Source: Anthoceros angustus (taxonomy: Eukaryota > Plantae > Anthocerotophyta). From it: DNA of 64,000 bases. The notes beneath the pieces are model-generated. The model saw only the letters and a list, made by a program, of their open reading frames with translations. It had not been told where the DNA came from and ran no database searches. This document shows positions 12,295 through 25,363 of this stretch, in pieces (position 1 is the stretch's first letter; every line of letters starts with the position of its first letter). The translations under genes and the position numbers were made by a program. The stretch lies in contig MU008151.1 in the NCBI GenBank assembly GCA_010909165.1, forward strand, positions 868,001 to 932,000, read 5' to 3'.

Positions 12295-15000
12295 TTTACA
12301 TCTCAAATTGGAAGGATTTACTTGTGGCCCTACGGTCAAATGAACGATGAAATCTAATTGTGAAACAAGTCGACAGTATCTTTCACCCTTGTGATCATAT
12401 GCACGTGCTAGTAGTGAAGACGATCTCTATGCAAGGTTTGAAGTTTGTCAGGATGAGGCATAACAGGTTGCTACTCTATGATGTGATGCAGTGCTGAACT
12501 TGACTCTCATTGATCTTCAAAAGTTGTTGTTGGTAAGTGCTGACCATGCCTGTAGAGGCTAATTTCGGATGAGCCAGGGGCTAAATTGGAGCTAATTACT
12601 TTTTCTGTGTCACCTGCAGAGGGACAGCCTGACAGCAATATGGTTCGGTCATACGTGGAGAAGGTACCTTCCCGATCCTTGATGCCTTAATGCGATCATG
12701 GCTTCGTGTGGGTTCTCTTGCTCACCAGACAGAGCAGAGCCGCGGACTCGCCTTCCTGCGCCACGAAGAACTGGTTGCCGTAGCGGAATTGCAGCTCGAT
12801 GAAGAATTGGCGAGGCAGCAGGGAGTTCACAGCAGGTCCCACGTTGAAGTCGAGGATGTGCGGCGACGTCAGGTCCTGGATCATCACCACGATGGTGCGC
12901 TCGTCTGGACTCCACAGGCTCCGCAGCGCCTGCCCCGATGTGGCCGGGGTAGGCTCGGTTGTCGTCACCTCCCGGTGCGCTGCTCCACAACTGCTCCAGC
13001 TGCTTGCAGGCAGTCTGTTAAAAATAATAACCTGCGAGCATCGTCCAGGCTGTCACACTTCCGACACATGGCCACCAGATAGGAGCCAGTAAAAACTCAT
13101 CTTCGTTCTCGGGTCCATTGATGGCAAGGACGCCCGTATGCCCTCTCCAGAGGATTTCAATATCTAACAAGAACAACTTACCTTACGCCCACTGGAAATT
13201 CACTGATATCTGAATCATTGAAGGGAACGATGTCCATATGTCGTTCCCAGTTGATTTTCCATACGCAAAAACAACAACGATATGTAAGCCCACTGGAAAT
13301 CTACTGGAAAGGATTCCTCCAGCTCCTCGAGAGAAAACAGCACTCATACCCTGCTACGGTATTCACTTCTGGAGAAACATCATGGGTTATATCCGCAATA
13401 TCATTGTACTTGGAACCCTTCCCCATACGCTGACTTTGGTGCGCGTGTTGTTCCCTTTCACAGGCTGCCAGACCCTGATGAGCTTAGAGTCATGAAAGAT
13501 CTGATCATGTTATCGAAAATTACAAGTGAAGGGTTTCTAGGCTGGATCCAGTTTCCGTGGACACCCAACCCAGCCCATCATTCATCACAGGGACCGTGCA
13601 CGGGAGCCGTTTCCCGTTCCGTTCCGTTTACATCTCAAATTTGAAGGATTTACTTGTGGTCAAATGAACGATGAAATCAAATTGTGAAACAAGTCGACAG
13701 TATCTTTCACCCTTATGATCATATGCACGTGCTAGTAGTGAAGACGATCTCTATGCAAGGTTTGAAGTTTGTCAGGATGAGGCATAACAGGTTGCTACTC
13801 TATGATGTGATGCAGTGCTGCACTTGACTCTCATTGATCTTCAAAAGTTGTTGTTGGTAAGTGCTCCTTATGCCTATGACCATGCCTGTAGAGGCTAATT
13901 TCGGATGAGCCATGGACTAAATTGGAGCCAAATTGGAGCTAATTACTTTTCTGAGTCACCTGCAGAGGGACAGCCTGACAGTAATATGGTTCGGTGATAC
14001 GTCGAGAAGGTACCTTCCCGATCCTTGATGCCTTAATGCGATCATGGCTTCGTGTGAGTTCTCTTGCTCACCAGACAGAGCAGAGCCGCGGACTCGCCTT
14101 CCTGCGCCACGAAGAACTGGTTGCCGTAGCGGGATTGCAGCTCCACGAAGAATTGGCGAGGCAGCAGGAGTTCACAGCAGGTCCCACGTTGAAGTCGAGG
14201 ATGTGCGGCGACGTCAGGTCCTGGATCACCACGATGGTGCGCTCGTCTGGACTCCACAGGCTGCAGCGCCTGCCACGATGTGGCCATGGTAGGCTCGGTT
14301 GTCGTCACCACCCGCTGCGATGCTCCAGCTGCTTGCAGGCAGTCTGTTAAAATAATAACCTGCGAGCATCGTCCAGACTGTCACACTTCCGAAAGCGTGG
14401 CTTTTGCAAAAAAAAAACCGTGAGAGCAACACCAGCACCAACTTGCTCAATAGATTGCCGAACCCCACTGTGTAGAAACCATTAATCTGGTCAAATATAG
14501 CAAGAGCATCTCCCTTGACACTTCAGCCACGTGTGCCATTGTGCAGTTGAAGCATTTTCTCACCTGGTCGACACATCCATGGCCTTCCGGAAAGGTGCAG
14601 GATTACCCGCAGGGATTAACCTGACTATCGTCTGCAAATGCAGCGAAACGAGAGGCGCTCACACGAGCCATTAGAAGGTTTATTACTCAGCTTCACCCAA
14701 CCTCAACCGCAAACTCAGCATAAAATACAGTGTCTGGCTATTGAGAGAAAACAGTACTCATACCTGCTATTCACTTGTGGAGAAACACCATGGGTTATAT
14801 CCGCAATATCATTGCACTTCCTTCCCCATACGCTGACTTTGGTGCGTGTTGTTCCCTTTCACATTCACTGGCTGCAGACCCTGATGAGCTTAGATTCATG
14901 AAAGATCATGTTATCGAAAATTATAAGTAAAAGGGTTTCTAGGCTGGATCAGTTTCCATGGACACCCAACCCAACCCAACCCAGCCCATCATTCATCACA
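12295..15000 (+). repeat. Tandem ~1.3-kb units upstream of Roco copy 2 (equivalents at 52950-55558, period ~1.6 kb)
   Basis: tttacatctcaaatt(g/t)gaagg recurs at ~12295, 13627, 52950 and 54525; the units share long identical blocks. Confidence 0.85.
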
Positions 15001-15265
15001 GGGACCGTGCACGGGAGCCGTTTCCCGTTCCGTTCCGGTGTCCCGATCTCGACTGACCCGGACAAATTCCATTCCATTTACTTATTTTAGCATGTTTAAG
15101 TTTGGGCTGTTTCGCCGTTCATGTGGGAAGTTTCGCTGCGTGGGGCCTGCCTGCCAGGGCTGAAGGCCGCGGGATGTGGTGTGGCCTGGAGGAGCACAGC
15201 ACCTGCCTGGCCCTCATTCCATTCTAGCAGTCCGGGAAGCATAGCACAGCATAGCAGAGCAGAGC

Positions 15266-18200
15266 ATGGCGGAAGAGCATGAGGCGGAGGATTGGCGCGC
15301 GCTGCCGGGTAAGCTGCAGCAGCTGCTGCTAGATCTGGGCCGGAATGCCGTGCGCGTACTACCCGATCTGGATAATGATGAAGAGTATGGCGGCTACTTC
15401 ACTGATCGAATCCGTGGTGATGAGGGAAGGCACTGGCGAGTGCGCAAGCGGGTGTTCACAGCCATTGCCAACTGCCGCAGTCTTGAGCACATATTCATTC
15501 GGGCCGAGTGGGCCATCGGCTTGGATCGGGAGGATGAAGTGTCGGTTCTGTTGGGGGGCCTGGCGTCCAACCCTTCCCTGGAAGTACTGCTTCTGATCGG
15601 CTGTAAAGGTTTTGGAAGGCAGGCGGCTTGCGAGGCTCTGGGCCAGCTTGTTGCATCCAGTCGCAGCTTACGAACTTTCAGCATGGTTGGGCTTGATGCC
15701 GCGGGACTGGGTGCCCTGGCCAAAGGCTTCAACAAGGATTCTGTCCTGGAGTACTTGACAACGAGGTGGGAACAAGGTGGGAGGTGCTGAAGGGCACAGC
15801 ACCTGGCCCGCATTCTGGCCACGGCTCCCCGTCTGAAGAACTGTCACTGGCATCGGCATGGATGTGGCGGGAGCCCAGTGTATTGCAAATGCTCTTCCGC
15901 TCTGTGCCACGCTCCGGTATCTGGCGTTGGGTGATGGCGTTGCATTGCGGGGTCCCATTCCGGCGGCCTCGGGCCCATGGGCACTGTGCTCAAACTTGCT
16001 TTCACCCGCGCGGATGAGGATGAGAATGCCTCCATCTCTGGCGTCACAGCTTTCTTTGGATATCTCGAAGGATGGGGAGGCAGGCCTGGCAGACGCCCTG
16101 GCCGGAATGCTGCGCACCAACGATCGTATCGAGATGCTTCACCACTCCATATGCTCTCATCCACGGCCTGGACGGGTTACGCCACAACTCCACCATATCT
16201 GAACTTCGCTCCGGGATCAGATGCGCCAGCTGCGACGGATGTGTGGATGCGCCTTGTCCAGTTGCTCCCGGAATGCAAAGCACTGCGTGTCCTGGACTTG
16301 CATTGCTCAGGGCCACGCCTCGTTCAAGAAAGAGTTGCTGAGATCCTTGGAGGGCAACGCATCTCTGAAAAGCTCGACATTTCTCTGGGACGCCCTGGAT
16401 CATGACATGTTTAGAGACTTGATGAACTGTATTCAAGTCAACAAGACGTTACGGAGATCAACATCGGGGACAACATGGGAAGCGGAAGGAAAGGACGCAA
16501 TCATCAATGCAGCCTTGGCAGGCAATGCCACTCAAGAGGCTTACTGGCCTTTGCTCGTGGGCAGGCAAGGGCCTGTGATGCCCAAGGCTGGGCGCCTCTT
16601 CCTGTGCGGTGCCCTTTGGCAGGAAGACCACTCTCCGCACCACCATGATTCGCGCATGGAGACGACAGCCGCATCACCCGAGTTCCAGCTCAGCCAAGTT
16701 CTAGCTCGACTGAAGGGAAAAATATTTCGGGCTTGGCGACGGATGGCTTCCGTCACCGGTGCCAGAACGGAAGGCATAGAAATCGAGGTGTTGCGCAACG
16801 ACCATGATATGCAAGTTACCATGTGGGATCTGGCTGGACAAGCTCACTACCGAGCTCTGCAAGACTACCTTTTCCGACCTTCAACCAAGCATGTATCTTC
16901 CTGTTTGCGTTCAGCCCATTTGATGATCGGAAACCTCCCCAGGTGCATCCGTCTAATGTCCTGCAGGACAGGTTCAGAAGGAGCTTGGCGTACTGGCTTA
17001 GGTTCATCAACTCCAATTGTCGCAACGTGGGCTCTACTTTGCCTCAAATATTTGTGGTGGCAACTCATGTGGATAAGATGAAGCGTTCTGATGCTGAAGC
17101 ATTACCCAATCTCCTTCAACCCGTTCTGACAGAGTTGGCCACCGAGTTTGAACAGGTTGTTCACGTGGAAACAAAACACTCTTCTCCATGGACGCTCGAT
17201 CTGCCAAGAGTGTGAAGCCCTTGCTGGACGCACTCATGGAATCGTTTCGAGCTCTATTTGCAACTAAACTGTTTTGGGTACCTGAGGTATGCAACCGATT
17301 GAGTGCTGATTTGACTGCCTGGGTATCCCAACATCCAGCTCAACCAATGGTGAGGAAACAGCAACTTCAAACTTTGTTCCAAAACGAGCTGAAGAGTCTC
17401 CACGAAGGTGGGGTTCAAGATGAGGGGGAACGATTGGGAGCCATTCTTGCCTATTTGCATGATGTGGGTAGTATCATCTGTTTTCAAGATACAGATGTTG
17501 TGGTGATAAATCCACACTGGATCAGTCACAATTTTTTAGGGCGACTCATTCACCTTCTAACCACAGCATGTCTCCCGTCTACTAGTAGTTTGTCGTATTC
17601 CTCAGATGGATTTGTTGCTCAAAGTCTGCTTCATTCCACCTTGGATGAGATTCTCAGAGGCACACAAGCGGAGGGGATTGAAAGGCAACATCTGGTATCG
17701 TTGATGACCACTCTCAACTTATGCTATGAAGGGGATCCGACTCGAGGTGTCGGATTCTTTGTTCCCTTCACCATGGCCGCCGGTAATGGTGACGCTGTTC
17801 CTGGGAGACGACAGTTGAACTGGGAAACTGCTGATACAGCAAGCAAGTACATCTACCTCGGAAGGAGGGTACAGTGCCTTGACAAGACGAAGACGTTTCT
17901 TGGTCCAGGCTTTTTTCCAAGATTCCAAGTACGATAACTACCAACATGTCTTTGTGTCGATGGTGTGTGTCTTCAACCTGTTTACTGACATTGTGGAGGT
18001 TTGCGTATTGTAGGTCTGCCTTCGAAAGGATTTGTTTGGATTCTATGGCTTGCAACCTGAGCAGTATCGTATTGAACGCAACCTCATCAAGTTTTGGTGT
18101 GATGGTATGGATGTGTTTTGGAAAGCAGTGGGGATATCGGAGAGGACACCGGGACATCGGTGACCATATCGATATTCTGGTGAGGTCATCCAAGAGCAAA

Positions 18201-19513
18201 GATGAAACTATCGAGTTTCTCAAGGCATGTGATTGCAAAGTTGAAATCTTTTGTGCTTCCCTGAAGGCAGTCCGGGAGTCGAGCTTGTGGAAGGAATTAT
18301 CAGGACCGAGTGTGTCGAAAACCTCACACTCTGTATCTACCGGCATAATCAGTCAGTGCTAACGCAGGATTTGCTGAAGCGTGTTTTCCAGACCAACATG
18401 AGTGTACAGGGAGATTTTCTCCTCATGGGATCTGGCCGACTTCAAATGGTGGTGGCCAGAATGTCCTGAAGCCTTTTGAGAATGCCTTTGAGCGAGCTAA
18501 AGAGCTCTTAAGTGCTGGTGAACTCTTGGATGTCTTGCAAAGGCGACGAACAGGTCTCCTTCAAACCATATCCAACATAGATGCAGCTGTAGCGGAAGTC
18601 CTGCCTACAGAGAAAGGGGTGCTCGCACACCAAGACGCACCAGTTCAAACGTCTCGGTCTGCCAGCGTCCGACGTGCTAAATCCCTCCCTGGAACAACTC
18701 ACTCGGAGATGGGGGAGCAACTGCAAACCATCATTCAAGGGATAAGAGCTGTGGAGCTCAGCGTGAAAATGGTGGAGACAGAGGTGAAAGCAGTGGGAGT
18801 CAAAGTGGATAGAATTGGCGAGACTTTGCAACTTATCCAACATGAGATGAGCGCTATCAGGGCTGAGCAGGAAGCTACTCAACAATTTTGCTTTCTAAGA
18901 TGGATGAGATTATGAATTTCTCTGCAAAATTAGAAAGCAGTCAGATACCCAGACGTCCCTACATCACCACTGCAGACGTGGGTGTAGTACAGAGGTTGAT
19001 TGCAGGGGTGCGTGTGGGCAAAGCGGCTAAGCTGCACTTCATGTGCGAAAATATCTTTGGGAATCACATCGTGGAGGGCCAAACTGGATTCGACTTGACA
19101 TTGGAGGATGCGAAGTGGAAGTGGATCAGGCCCCTAGCAATCAGAGGTATCAAGGTTTTGGTTTTCCTAGTGAAAGCTGGCCTACATGTGGCTGCCGGCA
19201 TTGGGAATGCGGTTCCCGACCCTTCACCAGCTTGGATGGAGCGCTGTATCTCACTGCGGCCTCTCTGGACGCAGACCTGTCCAAGGTAGATCTCAACCTG
19301 ACAGGTCCATCGGCGGACCAGGACATTTCCGTGAAGGAGGCATGGATTACCCTGAGGGATCTGGTCAAGCCGTTGGTAAAGGATCACATCGGCGAGATAT
19401 TCCAACTGCATAGGTGCAATTTCGGAAAAGGCCTGAGGAGGACGAGGAGTGGCATGGGTGTGCCCAACGTGTATGCAGAGGGAATTGACAGACGTGTTTA
19501 TGAGAAACTCTGA
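15266..19513 (+). CDS. TORNADO1-like LRR-Roc-COR protein, copy 2; intronless, frameshifted
   Basis: Same start (MAEEHEAEDWRALP), same Roc motifs and COR/C-terminal motifs as copy 1; upstream region duplicated from 1-854. Confidence 0.85.
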
Positions 19514-20239
19514 TGGGAGCTACTCAAACGACGTGTGTTGCAGCATCACCCCAGGATTTTGGTACATGACTGGAGGAGCGATCTGCACCACGTGATTGGG
19601 TAGTGGTATAAGGATGTGTAGCCCAATCCTGCTTTGTTTCACGTCAGTCTTTGCTGATGGCCACCTCTGAATTCATCTTTTGAGTGGTTCAAGATTGTGA
19701 CTCTTGAACACGTTCCAGAATTCATGAACAACAGCAGGCCCCTGGTTGGTGAAGGGAGGATGCTCCGGTCTGAGCATGCATGAATGGCCAGGAATGACAT
19801 CCTGCCCTGCTCCATGAGTAATGGCTAATTCAAACTTCATCTGTGCTTCAGTATCTTCTAACAACTGGCGAGCCGGGGACAAGCAAGAAGCCTGGCTGCA
19901 AGAGCTTGACTGATCAGAGCAGTCCCACTCAGTTCCCCACGAAATGGACCTGTAGGCACCGGACCATGGGTTGTGAAGGCACTGGCTGCATATTTGTTGT
20001 CGTTTCATGAATATTCTTTACATCCGAGGGAATCACTCTTCTGAAGAGGCTGCCTACCAATTTCTGGTGGGTGCATCTCAGCTGGGTATTCTGTGGTGGG
20101 AACTCCGTTATCTATGGCTACAGCACCAATGCACTGTAGACGCATCGACTTGCTATGGGATTGGTGTGTGCAATAGAATGTGTGTGTTGTTTGGTGACTT
20201 CTTCTCAAAGTTCGGCATTTTGGAAACAGCAGAACCACA

Positions 20240-21281
20240 TTCGTATCGAGCCTTCCATGTATTTCCAAATGGGCATCTGGGGCGCTCTGTATTTGGGGAT
20301 TTTGGGTCGCCCAACTCATGTACTAATGCGAACGGGATTGTCATTCCTTGTTCTGTCATTCCTACGTCTCTTGAAGGATTCGATTACTGCAAGAAGACGT
20401 CACTTCACATCTTATTCACCTGGTTGCCATCCTGGTCCTAATGCAGGGATGAAATGGTAGGCAAAGCGCCCTGGATTTTGGCTAGCCTCGGACTGTGTCC
20501 CTCGATGTGACCATTTTCCTACTGATAACGTGCCTGTTACTCGTCCAAAGGCAGGTGCCAGATGAGGGCTCCTCTGTGGTGGGTTTCAAGTCAGGTCATT
20601 TTCGGCACTGTGCTGCCCTGCAGCAGGAGCTAGGATGGCGGCAGGTGCACGCCCGGATTTGTGTTGAAGGAAGGACGATTTCTCTGCCTAAGTCTGTTTC
20701 CTTCAGGAGTCCTGCGGAGGCCCCAGGAAACTGTCGTGACCTGGCGGGACCCTGTCTACTCCAGTTTACAGGGTCCAGCCCTGAAACTGATCCCTGATGG
20801 ATCCTCTCCTGGCTGGGTAGGATAGATTTTTGGTTTGTAAATGTTCTAGAGATGTAGTGAGCTTCCTCTTGACTGCAGAATTAGGACCAGCAGCTAAAAT
20901 ACGTTCGAGCCGCTGCACGGTACTGTACGAAGAACCTGATTATCATGAAAGCGAGATTATGAAGAAACTGATCCCGAAAATATTCACCAGAGGAGGTTCG
21001 ACCCTGCATTCTATCAGCGATTGTCTCCAGGTTCTTGTCTCGAGGTTCTCGAACAGAAGGATGTCAGGAAGGCATGGTTGTACCCAATTCCGTGACATTT
21101 GTGTGCTCTTGCTTGCATGTGAAAATGTGGCAGCCTTGTGTGTAGGAAGACAGCAACACGCACAAAACCGTTCATCCTCTTCAAGACGGGGTGGACGGCC
21201 CAAATCATTCCGGGCCAGGCAGTCCAGCAGCCGCCGCCGCCGATCCGGCAGCGCGCGCCAGTCCTTGGCCTCGTCCGCCAT
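20240..21281 (-). pseudogene. Degenerate inverted TRN1-like N-terminal LRR region
   Basis: Minus strand begins MADEAKDWRALPDRRRRLLDCLARND (cf. MAEEHEAEDWRALP...DLGRN); further down LFPKCRTLRR (cf. LLPECKALRV). 20820-20940 is the reverse complement of a segment at 5570-5760 and similar to 22160-22270. Confidence 0.6.
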
Positions 21282-21649
21282 GCTACACCGTGCTTTCGCA
21301 GCGATGTAAAAGGTGGTCTCTGTGGCGAACGCGTGGGAAACGTCCACGCCCCGAACGGGAAAAGACTGGCTTCGCACCGGACTTCCTCCATCCAGTCTCT
21401 GCAGGCAAAGGGATGGACCAAGTCAGGAAAAGGAGAGTCGTCTCCTCGACTCAAGGCAGCAAATTAGGTGCTAGGTGATGCCGTGTCCTCAACCTAATGA
21501 CTTAAGTACATACTTTACCCTAAGATGCTTGGTTTCCACTTCGGAGAAGCTGGGGACTCAAGGACCATCTTTCGCTTCGCATCTACGCAGAGGCAGACGT
21601 CATCATCCTCAACCCGCCTGTTGCAGCCAGGTGAGGAGCAAGCCGATGC

Positions 21650-21850
21650 GGTGCAGTTGCTCACAAGACGTGCACACCAAGGTAGCATATGCTAACCCGA
21701 ATCGGAACCTTGACAACCTGGCTGCAACCACCTGCAACACCCTAATCCACGCTGGCATATGCCTCACCATCTCATGCAGAATCCACCATTCCCTGCAGCT
21801 TGCACGTCGGTGACCGTGTTGATATTTTGGTGAGGTCTCGCAAGGGTCAT
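21650..21850 (+). pseudogene. Divergent TRN1-like COR fragment
   Basis: cgtcggtgaccgtgttgatattttggtgaggtc (VGDRVDILVRS) matches GDHIDILVRS of the full copies. Confidence 0.45.
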
Positions 21851-22779
21851 CGAGTAAGACCAAACAATCGCGCTTCACCCTCGGCACTCGCGCTTTGTGC
21901 CCTTCCCTGCGTCCGGAGCTAGGAGACTGGCCGCCGGGCATTCTGGGTAGGAGCTGCTGCGCTGTTTTGCAACACACCTAGGTGTGCTCGTCTTTCCTGC
22001 TCGTACAACTTGCAATTGCTAGCAAGCTTCAAGGGGTGTAGGACGTAGTGGCGTGCTTTTGAGACGTGTGCTTGAACATGCTGAAGAAGGGCAGCTGTAC
22101 GTAGCTCAAGTTTGCAGGCTGCAGCCTGAATCTGATCCTGATGCATCGTCTAGACTTCTGCCTGGATAGGATAGATTTGTGGTTGGTGAATGTTCCAGAG
22201 ATGTAGAGAGCTTCCTCTTGACTGCAGCATTAGGGTTATCAGCCGTACTTGTCAAGAGATGCAGGGTTCGAGCTGCCGCACATCGAGAAAGCGATCTCGA
22301 AAGAAATGATGCAACACCTTTCTCGAAAGCAATGATGACAAACACCTTTGGCTTGTTTGCCAGAGATGTACATAACTGTTTCCACTGATGGGTCTATCAC
22401 TGGACACAGTTTTGCGGCAGACAAGCCAAAGGTGTTTTGTTTTATCATTAATGCTTGTCGAGGCACCCACAACTATCAAGGGCTAGGACGTCGAGGAGAC
22501 CATGTCTTAGAGAAGCAATCTCGTCAGCAAGAGAGCTGGGAAGGTTCGACCCTGCTTTCTGTGAGTGACTGTCTCGTCGTTTTCTCTCCCAGTCATGGGA
22601 GAAGTATGTTTCAGAGATGCCGAGAAAGGCACAAAATTTATCCTCGCTTTGGTGGAAGCCCTCGTTGAGGCCTCTCTAGTTGGCAGATTGTAGGACAGCG
22701 GCTGCAAGCTGATGTGTTTGTAGCTGGCAGTTTGACTCAGCGTCTAGTACAGTCCTCCGTTCGGCCAACTGAGCTAAAG

Positions 22780-23345
22780 TTGGCCCGCATTCTGGCCACT
22801 GCTCCCCACCTCCGCCGTCTGGTGCTGAAAGGTATCGATATTGGCACGGATGTGGCGGGAGCCCAGGTAGTTGCAGATGCTCTTCAATAATGCAAAGCAT
22901 TGGGTGAGCTGAGCTTGGCGCATATCACTGGCCACGCCTCTTTCAAGAAAGCGGTGCTGAGATCCTCTGCGTGCAATGCATCTCTGACTGAGCTCGACAT
23001 TACGGCCTGGGATGACCTGAACGATGAGATGTTCGCAGACTTGATGCATTCTCTTCCGGTCAACAAAACACTGCGGGTCATCTGAATGCGTGGGACATCA
23101 TGGGAATGAGAGGAAATGACGCAACCATCTCCCGAGCCTTGGCACCCAATGCTACGCAAGAGGCTTACTGGCCTCTGCTCTCGGACGAGCCAGAGCCTCG
23201 GATGCCCACGGCTGGGCGCTCTTTCCTGTGCGGTGCTCCTTCGGCAGGAAGACCGCTCTCCGCACCACCTTGATCCGCGCATGGCCAGATTCATGCTTCG
23301 AGGTCGGGCAAGTTGGGCTGAAGGAGAAAATGTCGCAGGCACGGG
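22780..23345 (+). pseudogene. TRN1-like LRR-to-Roc fragment with an internal LRR deletion and stop codons
   Basis: LARILATAPHLRRLVLKGI...CKALGELSLAHITGHASFKK...NASLTELDI...LFLCGAPSAGKTALRTTLIRAW; in-frame TAA/TGA codons present. Confidence 0.75.
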
Positions 23346-24699
23346 GAAGGTGAGGAAGGGAAGGCGTGTTTCTGTCCTTTCTATCCAGGGTGATTTGGTA
23401 GTGGAGAGCGTCAGCGGGAAGCGTGGCTTTTGCAAAAAAAAAAAACCGCGAGAGCAACAGCAGCACCAACTTGCTCTACAGATTGCCGAACCCGACTGTG
23501 TAGAAACCATGAACCTTGTCAAACACCACCAGTTCAACAGTGATGAAGGCCACGGGGAACTACATCGAGTGCAGCAAATGCATAAAATGGTCAAGCTTGA
23601 AGGGCTGCTACACAGACAAGAGCGTCTCCTTGACACTTCAGCCATGTGTGCTATTGTGCAGCTGAAGGATTTTCTCACCTGGTCGACACATCCATGGCCT
23701 TCTGTAGCCGTCCCAAAACCGCTCCTGGAAGCGCGAAAGTGCAGGATTATCCGCAGAGATTGACTTGACTATCGTCTGCAATGCAAAGAAACGAGAGGTG
23801 CTCACAAGCCATCGCAAGGTTGATTACTTAGCTTCACCGAACCTCAACCGCAAACTCATGTTCAGCAAGTGTGCCCGCGCAAGGAGTCGCGCCAAGATGC
23901 CACGGTCTGCTGGATCGAGCACGGCAGCTCGAGGCTCAGCTCCGAGGACAACAACAGACGGAGCTCAATGCAGGGTTTCCTGCGAGTCTGGCCTGGGTCA
24001 GTACAGCCTGATTCTGGTTACAACATTTGCAGCCTAATTGTCACGGCGTACAACTTGGGCAGCCCGACATGAAGGCATCTGGTTTGCCTACGCTGCTGAA
24101 CACATCCACGGCCTCGTGCAGCCTACCTCCAGATGCATACATGCGCAACATATGGTGGTCCCCAAGTATGCATTTCACTCTTGCCCAAGTTTGACAGAGA
24201 GGTGGTCGCCCTGGCCCTCACAAGGTCATACCTTATATGGAGGAAGTTGGTTTCAAGGAACGGCACTGTGGCTTTCGATAGAGTCTTGGTTGGGAGATGT
24301 GTATTATGTGTAGAGGACTTGCATCTGCCTCTTGCCGTGGAATGATGCACTTTGTTCTCAGTGATGATGGAGCATTTGCAGAGGCCTGTGTTGCTGTCTG
24401 CCTGTCCCACATGGGCTTCTGACGAGAAAAATTCTCCAGCAAGGCGATCGGATCATGTGAGAATTTTGCCCTTTTTTACCCCATTTGCTTATTGTGGAAA
24501 GAGGTGTGCTGGATAACGTAGATGTGAGCGACTTGCTGTGAGACATATGGAATGCCCTGATGTCTTGTATGCAAGATTTTGTGAACTGAAATGTGCTATG
24601 ACCTTTGCCTTCTGGTGTGAATAGGAATCTGTTCCAGAGGCTGCAGCACCAACTTGCTGCGTATCCTTCTTTTCCTTCACAGTATGCTGGGTTCAGACA

Positions 24700-25000
24700 T
24701 GAGTCGCTTGTTGTTTATGGTTCAATGGAGCAGGAGGGTCTTAATTTCGCTGACCATGTTATCGTTGGTTGCCTTCTAAGGGCTTTGTAGCAGATGTCAT
24801 GGTGTCTGACCTTCCAAGTGGAGCTCACTGAATAAGCCTGAGGCTGGCAGGCGTACAAGACCATAAATGTGTGTTCAAACTGACTTCATGTGGAAGAAAG
24901 CTTTATGTGAAGGACAGGTTTCTGATAGCATTGTCGGACATGTATAGGTCCCTTGAAGAAGGAAAGCAATTGCACCTTTTGATTCTTAGAACAGGACTGC
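24700..25000 (+). pseudogene. Highly degenerate PPR remnant
   Basis: VYGSMEQEG...DHVIVGCLLRA; ALSDMYRSLEEGKQLHLLI. Confidence 0.45.
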
Positions 25001-25363
25001 GGATACCATACAGGTGTGCAGCTACTTGTGGATACCATAGAGGTGTGCAGTTGCCTTGTGAACAAAACATAAGAGTCTTGACCGGCAAAGTGGATCGAAT
25101 CGAAGAGATTTCTCGAAGGTGACATATTGCTGATACTGGGAATGCTAACACAATGTTGATACCAGGACTGCTATATGAAATGAGAAATGCTATGTAAGAT
25201 GATGAATGACACGATATAGGAGTAAGTTATATCGTATTCTGAAGGGGATCATGTTATATATTATTGTGACACTGAAATTTGTAATCTCTTATTCAACTTC
25301 TGATGATAAGAAATGCTAACTGTTTAAAAGAATGTTTTGAGCTCTTCAAGCGAAAGCTGCAGG

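Larger units (their letters stand above)
6202..15110 (+). repeat. Segmental duplication, copy A (PPR-KP / InhA / TIR half / COR fragment / tandem units / Roco promoter)
   Basis: Collinear and near-identical to 45663-55558 plus 63514-64000. Confidence 0.9.
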
